From an uncultured Klebsiella sp. (GTDB lineage: Bacteria; Planctomycetota; Phycisphaerae; Phycisphaerales; SM1A02), in the NCBI GenBank assembly GCA_964393015.1, contig CAYMSD010000007.1, positions 1-62,804 on the forward strand: a stretch of DNA of 62,804 bases. The letters run 5' to 3'. Position numbers and translations under genes: made by a program. Positions 55,555 to 62,804 of this stretch are shown here, piece after piece. The notes under the pieces are model-generated. The model had not been told where the DNA came from, made no database searches, and saw only the letters and a list, made by a program, of their open reading frames with translations. Position 1 is the first letter of the stretch. The number at the start of each line of letters is the position of its first letter.

Positions 55555-56946
55555 TCACGGCGCTGCGGACTTCGGCTTGAATCCGAGTTCCGCGGGCGAA
55601 AGCGGGAGTTCGATCGCGCCATGGGCCCGCATGACGCCGTCGCCGTTCTCGAGGGCGAAGCCCGACGCGCCGCTTGCGTCGGTGCGCGAGGCGATGCGCA
55701 CCGTGTCGATCGGCTCGCCCGCGAAGCCGCGGAGGTTGACGGTGGCGATCTCCCGCTCGATCGGGAACGGCGCGACCTCGATCGCGGACGCGCGCGTCTC
55801 GCAGAGCGCGGCGAGAAGCCGTTCGACCGCAGCCGACTCGACGGAGCCCTCGCGCATCGATCCATCCGCATCGAAGCGACGCGCGGTCCAGCCCGAGACC
55901 TCGCGGCGCAGCTCGAGCCGCTCTCCTCCGCGCACGATCTCGAGCCCGCCGACATCGGGGCTCCGGGCGCCCGTTCCCGTCGGGTCGACCAGGCGGTCGA
56001 CGCGCGGCACCATGGCGACGAGCGACTCCGCGGGGATCCGCACGACGGTGCTCGTCCCTTCGACAAGGCCGAAGCGGTCCTGCGCGCCGATCGAGACGGG
56101 GTCGCCGACCAGAAGAGTCGTGCGCGCGCCGCCGCTCGTCACGGAGAGCGTGGCCGCGGGCGGTGCGAGTCCGTAGGCGGAGAGTTCCGCGGGGCGGTCG
56201 ACGATGAAACCCGCGGAGCGCGCGCGGCGCAGCGCGTCGACGAGTTCCTCGGAGCGCTCGCGGTCTGCGCGGGTCCGCACCACGCCGTCGAGGCGATAGC
56301 TGCGGCCCTCGCGGCGGAGCACCGTGGAGACGCCCGCGGAAGAGAGCTCGACCCGATCGACCTCGGCGAGGCCTGCGAAGAGGTCGCGGCTGCGGAACTC
56401 ACGCGGGTCTCGGTCGACGACGAAGTCGTGGAGGACGCCCTCGACGACCTCGTACGCGTCGGAAGGCGCCGTGGGAGCAAGGCGCGCGAAGGCGCGCCCA
56501 GCGAGGCTGCGTCGGCCGAGCTCGAAGACGGTCGTGCGCGCCTCCGCGCCCGCGCGTGGCCGCTCGACGAAGGTGACCCGCGCAAGCGGCGGCGCGAGGC
56601 CGACCTCGGCGAGGTCCTGCGCGGACACGCCCGCGGAGGACGCGCGCACGCTGCGCACGCTCTCGAGCTTCAGCGCGCGCACGGCGAGCTGGCGCACGCT
56701 CCACCCGTCGGCCGCATGCTCGACGGGCTCCGTCTGCCACCAGACCTCGCCCCGCCGCTCGAATCGATGCCGCACGCCCTCGCGCTCGACGACGACCTCT
56801 GCGAGGTTCTCGGGGTCGAGCGCTCCAGGCGAGAGGAGCGCGGCGCGCGTGCGCACCGACTCGCTTGACTCGCGCGGCGCCTTCCACGCGAGGACCCCGA
56901 GGATCGCCGCGAGGAGAATCGCCATGGGAAGCCGCAGGTACTTCAT
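55555..56946 (-). CDS. DUF4340-like periplasmic protein, last gene of an ABC-2/GldG-type operon
   Basis: A single N-terminal TM is followed by repeated beta-rich modules. The position after a GldG-like gene is typical. The ATG overlaps the upstream stop (ATGA). Confidence 0.6.
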   Translation of the reverse strand: MKYLRLPMAILLAAILGVLAWKAPRESSESVRTRAALLSPGALDPENLAEVVVEREGVRHRFERRGEVWWQTEPVEHAADGWSVRQLAVRALKLESVRSVRASSAGVSAQDLAEVGLAPPLARVTFVERPRAGAEARTTVFELGRRSLAGRAFARLAPTAPSDAYEVVEGVLHDFVVDRDPREFRSRDLFAGLAEVDRVELSSAGVSTVLRREGRSYRLDGVVRTRADRERSEELVDALRRARSAGFIVDRPAELSAYGLAPPAATLSVTSGGARTTLLVGDPVSIGAQDRFGLVEGTSTVVRIPAESLVAMVPRVDRLVDPTGTGARSPDVGGLEIVRGGERLELRREVSGWTARRFDADGSMREGSVESAAVERLLAALCETRASAIEVAPFPIEREIATVNLRGFAGEPIDTVRIASRTDASGASGFALENGDGVMRAHGAIELPLSPAELGFKPKSAAP

Positions 56947-59735
56947 GCGCGCATCCTCCTTCGCCCGACGAACGCCGCGCCGATGGCGAGCGGCGCCAAC
57001 GAGAGCACCCCGCCGAAGCCGAACGCCCACGCGCGCCGTGCGCCGTCGCCGAGCGCCTCGATGCGCGGCACCTCGCGACCGCTCAGGCCACCATCGAGGA
57101 GATCCTCGCGGCCCGCGAGCCACGCGACGGACGCGAGGAGAAGCTCGCGGTTGCCGGGGTTGACGAGCGCGGTCCGACCGCCGCCGAGGTCGTCCGAGAG
57201 ATCCGCGACGCTCGTGAGGAGCCACCCGCCGCTCGCGACGACCACCGCGCGGTGCCGCGCGCCTTCGAACGGGCGCTCCGCGAGCACCGCGACAGGGAGC
57301 GCGCGGTCGAAGCGCTTCGCGGCCGGCACCTCGCGCACGCCGTCGCCGTCGCCGCGCCAGTCGTCCGCAAGCCAGCGCGCGGAGGATGGCTCGACCGAAA
57401 CCGCCGTCTCGACGCGCACGCCCTCGGGGAGCGGCTCCGCGAGCTTCACGCCCATGGGCTGGTTCAGCAGGATCGCCCGCCCGCGCACACGCGAGGCGAC
57501 GGGCGAGGCGCCCGAGGGCCTGTCGATCAGCTGCCATGGGCGCACCTCGGGGGTGCCGTCGGGCTTGGCGGCCAGCTCGAGGACGACGCGCGCGGCATCG
57601 ACCTCGACGCCGAACGGCGCGAGGACGCCGCTCCAGGGGTCGGGCTGTCCGAGGAGCGAGAGAAGGCTGCGGCCCGCCGTCAGGAGGACCGGCGCGCCGT
57701 CGCGCACGAGCCCCTCCACCTCGCGCACGAGGAGCTTCTCGTCGCGCGAGAGGTCGAGCTGCGCGCGGCGCAGGGCTGGAAGCACCACGAAGACCTGCTT
57801 CCTCCCCGCGGCGGCCGTCGGTCGGTCGCCGCGGCCTGGCGTCCATTCGCGCACGCCGTAGCCCGCGCTCCGCAGCGCGTCCGCGACCGCGACGAGATCC
57901 GAGTGATCCTGCTTCGGCCGAAGGAGCGACTCGCGCTCGCTGTGGACGAAGACGACCTCGGGCATCGTTCCGCCCGCGATGCTGCGGACGGCGCCCGAGA
58001 GGACCTCCTCGCCGCGGAAGCTCCAGCTGTAGCTGATCCGCTCTGCGCCCTGCGTGGCCACGGCGCGCGGGAAGATCCGCCACGCAGGCACGACCGCGAG
58101 GCGCCCGCCGCCCGCGACGACGGCGGCCTCGCCGCGCACGAGCTCGCGGCCGAGCGCGTCGAGCTCGAACGCGGGAAGGGCCTCGAGCTCCTGACGCGCC
58201 GCGAGCATGCGCGCGGAGAAGTCCTCGTAGCGCTCGATGCGCGACGCGACGATCTGCCGCACCGTCGCGGGCACGCCCGCCTGCGTGCGCCACTCGAGGA
58301 AGAGCGTCGCGGCCGACGCGAGCTGGTCGCCCCACACGCGGAACCCGCGCGCGAGCGCGCTGCGCGCGCCCTCGAGGTCGGGGAGCGGCCGCGTGGCGCT
58401 CGTGCGCGTCATCTCCTCGACCTCCGCGCGGAACTGGCCGCCATCGGTCGCGACCTGCGCGAAGAGCGCGGCGACCTGCTCGAGCGTCCGCCGCACGGGG
58501 CTCTCCGGCGGCAGCTGCTGCGCGGCCGCGCGGAGGCCAGCGGGCTCGCCCGCGCTCTCGACGCGGAAGGCGTCGTAGACCGCGAGCGCGCGGGCGATCG
58601 CGGCTTCGCTCGCGGCGAGCTCCGCGGAGCGCCCCGCGACGAGGTCGCCGAGCGAGCGGTCGAACTCCCCTGCCTGCGCCGGGTCGCCCGGATCGATGCG
58701 GCGCGCGTCGATCGAAGGGTTCGCCTCGCGGAAGCGGCGGAGGACCTCGTCGATCTGGCGGAGCACCGCCGGATCGGCCGCGGCGGCGTCGACGAAGAGA
58801 AGCACCTTCCACGGGCCCTCGAGCCCTCGGAGGAGTTCCTCGGTGGACGGCGCGAGGCTGTACGCACGCGTCTTCGTCGCGTCGGCCTCGATGCGCAGCG
58901 ATCCCTGCGAGAGGAACGCGACGGCCGCCGCGAGACACGCGATGGCCGCGAGCGTGAAGCCCACCGCCTCCGCGCGCGCCGCGAGGCGTCCGACCGCCGT
59001 GCGTCCGCCGCGGCCGCGCACGCGCTCGAGCGACACCGCGGCCGTCACGAGCCCTGCGAGCGCGAGCGCCACGAAGTACGCGACCGACGCGCTGTCGAAG
59101 AGCCCGAGCGAGAAGCCCTCGAGCCGTCGCAGCGGGTCGGCCGCGGCCGCCACGGGCGCCCACTCGAGCGGGAGCACGCCGACGAGGAGCCGCGAGCCCG
59201 CCACGAGCGCGAGCCAGAGGAAGAAGGCGCCGAGGAACGCGACGGTCTGGCTCGCCGTCGCGGTCGAGACGGCGATGCCCACCGACGCGGCCGCGAAGCC
59301 CGCGAGGAAGAGCCCGAGGAGGCCGCACGCGATCTCGCCGTAGTCGGGGCTCGCGTGGAGCTCGAGCGGGATGGCGAGCAGCGCCGTCGGGAGCAGGCTC
59401 GCCGCAACGAGCGCGGCGCAGGCGATCGCCTTCCCCGCCACCATCTCGCCCGTCGAGAGCGGGCTGGCGAAGAGCGTCTCCCAGGTCTTGACGCGGAACT
59501 CCTCGCTGAAGGCGCGCATCGAGATCGCGGGCGCGGTCGCGAGAAGCGCCCAGCCCGCGGCGAGGATGGCGGATCGGAGCGACGCAGGCTGGCCTTCCTC
59601 GAAGGACGCCGAGAAGAACGCGACGGACGCGACGATGCCCGCGATCGCAAGCACGATCCACGCGGTCGGCGACGCGAACGCACTGCGGATCTCCCGCGTG
59701 GCGACCGATGCGACGCGCTGCATCGACCCACTCAT
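56943..59735 (-). CDS. Fused ABC-2 (GldF-like) permease and GldG-like auxiliary domain protein
   Basis: The N-terminus has 6 TM helices with FSEEFRVKTWETLFASPLSTGEMVAGKA. A large extracytoplasmic domain follows, flanked by TM helices. The ATG overlaps the ATPase stop. Confidence 0.75.
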   Translation of the reverse strand: MSGSMQRVASVATREIRSAFASPTAWIVLAIAGIVASVAFFSASFEEGQPASLRSAILAAGWALLATAPAISMRAFSEEFRVKTWETLFASPLSTGEMVAGKAIACAALVAASLLPTALLAIPLELHASPDYGEIACGLLGLFLAGFAAASVGIAVSTATASQTVAFLGAFFLWLALVAGSRLLVGVLPLEWAPVAAAADPLRRLEGFSLGLFDSASVAYFVALALAGLVTAAVSLERVRGRGGRTAVGRLAARAEAVGFTLAAIACLAAAVAFLSQGSLRIEADATKTRAYSLAPSTEELLRGLEGPWKVLLFVDAAAADPAVLRQIDEVLRRFREANPSIDARRIDPGDPAQAGEFDRSLGDLVAGRSAELAASEAAIARALAVYDAFRVESAGEPAGLRAAAQQLPPESPVRRTLEQVAALFAQVATDGGQFRAEVEEMTRTSATRPLPDLEGARSALARGFRVWGDQLASAATLFLEWRTQAGVPATVRQIVASRIERYEDFSARMLAARQELEALPAFELDALGRELVRGEAAVVAGGGRLAVVPAWRIFPRAVATQGAERISYSWSFRGEEVLSGAVRSIAGGTMPEVVFVHSERESLLRPKQDHSDLVAVADALRSAGYGVREWTPGRGDRPTAAAGRKQVFVVLPALRRAQLDLSRDEKLLVREVEGLVRDGAPVLLTAGRSLLSLLGQPDPWSGVLAPFGVEVDAARVVLELAAKPDGTPEVRPWQLIDRPSGASPVASRVRGRAILLNQPMGVKLAEPLPEGVRVETAVSVEPSSARWLADDWRGDGDGVREVPAAKRFDRALPVAVLAERPFEGARHRAVVVASGGWLLTSVADLSDDLGGGRTALVNPGNRELLLASVAWLAGREDLLDGGLSGREVPRIEALGDGARRAWAFGFGGVLSLAPLAIGAAFVGRRRMRA

Positions 59736-60739
59736 CCCGCACCCCCCGCGCCGCGCTGCGCGGCCTCGTCACGGCGCGCGGCGTCGTGCACCAGCTCGAC
59801 GAAGACGCTCTCGAGGCTGCGCACCTCGGCGCCCGCGCTGCGGACGCGAAGCCCCGCCGCCGCAAGCGCGCGCACCGTCTCCGCGCGCGCGGCGTCGTCC
59901 GCACGCTCGAACTCGCTGCGCCACCAGCCGTCCGGAAGCGCGCGCGCGGCGACGCCCGCGGGCGGCGAATCCGTCTCGACGACGAACGACGCGCCCTGCG
60001 CCGCGCGCGCGCGGAACGCCGCGAGCGGCTCGTGGACGACGAGCCGCCCGCCCGCGATCACGGCAAGCTCGCTGCACACGCTCTCGACCTCCGAGAGGAG
60101 GTGCGACGAGAACAGCACGAGGCGCGATTCGCCGAGCTCCCTGACGAGCGTGCGGAAGACGATCGTCTGCCCGGGGTCGAGCCCGACGGAGGGTTCGTCG
60201 AGGATCACGACCGCAGGGTCGCCGAGGATCGCAGCCGCGAGGCCCACCCGCTGCTGCATGCCCTTCGAGAGCGTGCCCGCGCAGCGGTGCGCGAAGCGCG
60301 CCACGTCGCAGCGCCGCATGGAGTCGTCGATCGCGGCGCGCGCGACGGAGCCGCGCAGGCCGGCAAGCCCCGCGCGGAAGCGCATGTGCTCGAGCACCGT
60401 GAGCTCGGGGGAGAGCGGCGCGGACTCGGGGAGGTAGCCGATGCGCGCGCGCACCGCCGTCGCATCGCGCCGCGCGTCGAGCCCGGCGACCTCGAGGAAC
60501 CCCTCGTCCGGGTCGAGGATGCCCGCGATCATGCGGATCGTCGTCGTCTTGCCTGCGCCGTTCGGCCCAAGCAGCCCGCACACCCCCCGCGCGGGCAGCG
60601 CGAGGTCGATGCCGCGCACGGCCGTCACGGCGCCGAAGCGCTTCACGAGGCCGCGCGCGCGGACTCCGAGCGGACCGCGCGCGGCGTGCCCCGCCTCTCG
60701 CGCGCGTTCGGTGTCGGCAGGGTTCATCGAGGCCATCAT
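59732..60739 (-). CDS. ABC transporter ATP-binding protein (GldA-like)
   Basis: GPNGAGKTTT, LSKGMQQRVGLA and VVILDEPSVGLD are present. The start lies among ATGs at 60739, 60736 and 60727. Confidence 0.9.
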   Translation of the reverse strand: MMASMNPADTERAREAGHAARGPLGVRARGLVKRFGAVTAVRGIDLALPARGVCGLLGPNGAGKTTTIRMIAGILDPDEGFLEVAGLDARRDATAVRARIGYLPESAPLSPELTVLEHMRFRAGLAGLRGSVARAAIDDSMRRCDVARFAHRCAGTLSKGMQQRVGLAAAILGDPAVVILDEPSVGLDPGQTIVFRTLVRELGESRLVLFSSHLLSEVESVCSELAVIAGGRLVVHEPLAAFRARAAQGASFVVETDSPPAGVAARALPDGWWRSEFERADDAARAETVRALAAAGLRVRSAGAEVRSLESVFVELVHDAARRDEAAQRGAGGAG

Positions 60740-60850
60740 CGCACGGCTTTCATCGGACACGCGGCGGCCGGGAGTGTATCCAGTGCTCGAATTCCACAGG
60801 GCGCACGGCACCGTCGATGGCTTCTACAATGCGCGCCGCACGGAAGCACC

Positions 60851-62428
60851 ATGTCGACCGAGACGCCATCGCCCGATCCGGCATCGCCGCACGATCCCCG
60901 TGCGGCGGGAGTCCACGGCCTGATCGGTCTCCGCGCGCTCGAACTCCTCGGGGAAGGCGTCGGCGTGGTCGAGCCCTCCGGCGAGATCGTGTGGATGAAC
61001 AACCGCCTCGCGGTGCAGTCGCCCGAGGTGCTGCGGCGCTTCGCGGATGCGTGCGTCGAGGCGATCGCGGCGTGGCGGGCATCGCCCGCGGCGAGCCCGA
61101 CGATGCGCACGGGGTTTCGGTCGGGAAGTTCGTGGTTCGAGGTCGTGATGACGCCGCTCGCGCGCGGCGGCGAGGTCGAACCACCGCGCGACGGCGCCGC
61201 AGGCGCACAACCCGCGGATCGACGCGAGGGCGCGGTCGCCTTGCTCGTCGATGCGACCGCCGCGCGCCGCATCCATGACCGACTCGACGCGATCGACGAC
61301 GCAGGCGCCGAGTTCCTGAGGCTCGACGCGGAATCCGTGCGCGCCATGAACGCGCCCGAACGGCTGAAGCTTCTCGAGGGTCGCGTCATCGCCGCCACGC
61401 GGAGCCTGCTCGGCTTCGACCACTTCGAGTACCGCCTGACGAATCGCCGCAGCGAGCAGCTCGAGCTCGTCTTCTGCTCGGGCCTCGTTCCCCTCGGGAT
61501 CGGCGAACGCATCTTCGCGCGCGCCGAGGGAAACGGGCTCAGCGGCGTGGTCGCGGCGACAGGCGCGAGCATCGTCTGCCGCGATGTCGCGGCGGAGCCA
61601 CGCTACATCGGCGGTCTCCCCGGCGCGCGCAGCACGCTGACCGTGCCGCTTCGACTGCATGGCCGCGTCATCGGCGTCCTCAACGCGGAGAGCGAGTCGC
61701 CCGCCCACTTCGACGACGAGGACCGCCTCGCCGCGGAACTCCTCTCGCGCTATGTCGCGCTCGCGCTCAACCTCCTCGACATGCTCGTCGCCGAGCGCGT
61801 GGAGACGGCGCGCACCGTGCTTGCAAACCTCGCGCGCGAGTCGACGCCGCTCCTTGACGGAATCGCCAACGACGCGCGCGCGCTGCACGCGGCGATCGGC
61901 TCCGACGCGGGCGCCGCCACGGAGCGAATCATCGAGCGGACGGCGAGGCTCGATGAACTCGTGCGCAACGGCGCCACGACGCCGAGCGGCGTCCTCGGCG
62001 CCGCCGAAGCGATGGGCGAAGGCGTGCGCGACCCCGTGTTCGCGGGGCGCCGCATCCTGGTCGCGGACGACGAGCCGTCGATCCGCCGCACGGTGCGGGC
62101 CGTGCTCGAGCAGCAGGGCTGCGAGGTGTCGGAGTTCGCGGATGGCGCCAGCGCGATCGTCGCGATCCGCGAGCTCGTTGCGGCGGGCACGCCGCCCGAC
62201 CTCGTCATCTCCGATGTGCGCATGCCCGACGCGAACGGGTACGAGGTCTTCCGCGCCGCGAAGGACGCGTCGCTCGCGATCCCCGTGATCCTGATGACGG
62301 GCTTCGGCTACGACCCGAACCACTCGATCGTGCGCTCGAGCCAGGAGGGGCTGCACTGCTTCCTCTTCAAGCCGTTCCAGGTCACGCAGCTCCTCGAGGA
62401 GTCGCGCAAGGCGCTGCTGCGGGAGTAG
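60851..62428 (+). CDS. PAS-like / GAF / receiver-domain response regulator with no recognisable output domain
   Basis: The GAF-like core reads LTVPLRLHGRVIGVLNAES. The receiver domain has ILVADDEPSIRR, LVISDVRMPD and LFKPF. Confidence 0.85.
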   Translation: MSTETPSPDPASPHDPRAAGVHGLIGLRALELLGEGVGVVEPSGEIVWMNNRLAVQSPEVLRRFADACVEAIAAWRASPAASPTMRTGFRSGSSWFEVVMTPLARGGEVEPPRDGAAGAQPADRREGAVALLVDATAARRIHDRLDAIDDAGAEFLRLDAESVRAMNAPERLKLLEGRVIAATRSLLGFDHFEYRLTNRRSEQLELVFCSGLVPLGIGERIFARAEGNGLSGVVAATGASIVCRDVAAEPRYIGGLPGARSTLTVPLRLHGRVIGVLNAESESPAHFDDEDRLAAELLSRYVALALNLLDMLVAERVETARTVLANLARESTPLLDGIANDARALHAAIGSDAGAATERIIERTARLDELVRNGATTPSGVLGAAEAMGEGVRDPVFAGRRILVADDEPSIRRTVRAVLEQQGCEVSEFADGASAIVAIRELVAAGTPPDLVISDVRMPDANGYEVFRAAKDASLAIPVILMTGFGYDPNHSIVRSSQEGLHCFLFKPFQVTQLLEESRKALLRE

Positions 62429-62479
62429 GTGCGCGCGTCGTCGACACCGAAATCGTGGGTGCCCGCATGCTGGAGCATT

Positions 62480-62508
62480 CGGAACGGATGATGTCAGCCG
62501 TCGACTCC
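62480..62508. repeat. 29-nt direct repeat, copy 1
   Basis: cggaacggatgatgtcagccgtcgactcc matches 62741..62769 at 28 of 29 positions. Confidence 0.9.
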
Positions 62509-62538
62509 CCCGCCGCTCGCGCGGGTCGGCCGGATCAG

Positions 62539-62654
62539 GTCTCTCACGGAGGCACGGAGGTACGGAGGAAGAGAGGCCTGGCCTTTCATCCGTTGCGCGC
62601 GGCGCGCGTCCGAACCGAAGGAGCGATGTTCCTCTCCGTGCCTCCGTGAGAGAC
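62539..62654. repeat. 21-bp perfect inverted repeat enclosing a 74-nt loop, with three tandem ACGGAGG motifs in the left arm
   Basis: gtctctcacggaggcacggag (62539-62559) is the reverse complement of ctccgtgcctccgtgagagac (62634-62654). ACGGAGG occurs three times between 62546 and 62568. Confidence 0.9.
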
Positions 62655-62740
62655 TTCCTCATCGAACGCAGCACGCCATCGGAGACCGAAACCATGAGCG
62701 CCCGTCAGACGGAGTCTGGGCGAAGCCGGGACGCAGTCTG

Positions 62741-62769
62741 CGGAACGGTTGATGTCAGCCGTCGACTCC
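62741..62769. repeat. 29-nt direct repeat, copy 2
   Basis: cggaacggttgatgtcagccgtcgactcc. It is followed by the 12-nt palindrome cgacgatcgtcg and an 8-bp hairpin ccgtggac-ttc-gtccacgg. Confidence 0.9.
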
Positions 62770-62804
62770 GACGATCGTCGTTCCGTGGACTTCGTCCACG
62801 GGCA

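Noticed and set aside
56947-59904. The N-terminal 986 codons of the 1449-aa ORF at 55555-59904.
   Set aside because: Only the C-terminal 463 aa, from MKYLRLPMAILLAAILG, look like a protein. The upstream part is an Arg-rich frame overlapping the GldF/GldG-like gene.
62480-62769. A possible CRISPR array, given 29-nt direct repeats.
   Set aside because: There are only two copies, spaced about 230 nt apart with an inverted repeat between them. No cas genes are present and the spacer length is not regular.
62455-62804. Small ORFs in the terminal repeat region: the 64-aa ORF at 62455-62649, and an ATG at 62694 preceded by GGAGA that runs off the window.
   Set aside because: By manual count, only about half of the third codon positions in the 62694 ORF are G or C, whereas real genes here are strongly GC3-biased. 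The peptides are Arg/Ser-rich, and the two copies of the 29-nt repeat fall in different frames.

Overview
This is a very GC-rich (judged by eye, not computed), gene-dense chromosomal segment. I call 47 protein-coding genes and one tRNA. Coding calls rest on motif-level recognition of the supplied translations, on start/stop overlaps read directly from the DNA, and on rejecting the many long Arg/Ala/Pro-rich ORFs that high GC creates on non-coding frames.

Most of the content is housekeeping:
- Translation and RNA processing: rpoZ, rnpA-yidD, EF-G, mnmA, cca, two HPF-like genes.
- Metabolism and lipid synthesis: coaC, cmk, plsC, gpsA, gcvH, purN, ribD, class I FBP aldolase.
- DNA repair: uvrA, uvrB.
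- Regulation: an hpf-ptsN-HPr (PTS-Ntr) module.

The envelope-related genes include a dockerin-tailed Cys-repeat exoprotein, three ABC-2/NosY/GldF-type permease paralogs, a GldG/DUF4340-type operon and an exported DJ-1. By inference only, these suggest a Planctomycetota (Phycisphaerae-like) organism.

I saw no integrase, transposase, reverse transcriptase, CRISPR array, or recognisable toxin or defence gene. This looks like core genome, not an island.

Four things stand out as candidates for something undescribed:
1. An operon (7200-17395) couples three SPFH/HflKC-like genes to an ABC-2 exporter and a 661-aa orphan membrane protein. A divergent extra ABC-2 permease and two secreted ClpP/NfeD-class paralogs lie next door.
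2. A tandem array of structured units derived from tRNA-Ser, each with its own terminator, sits at the left window edge.
3. A heavily structured repeat region at the right edge contains a triple ACGGAGG motif sequestered in a 21-bp hairpin.
4. Several atypical proteins occur: a P-type ATPase with CPG instead of CPC, a divergent RNase HII-like protein coupled to mnmA, and a ClC gene coupled to rnpA-yidD.

All functional interpretations are inferences from motifs. No database search was possible.
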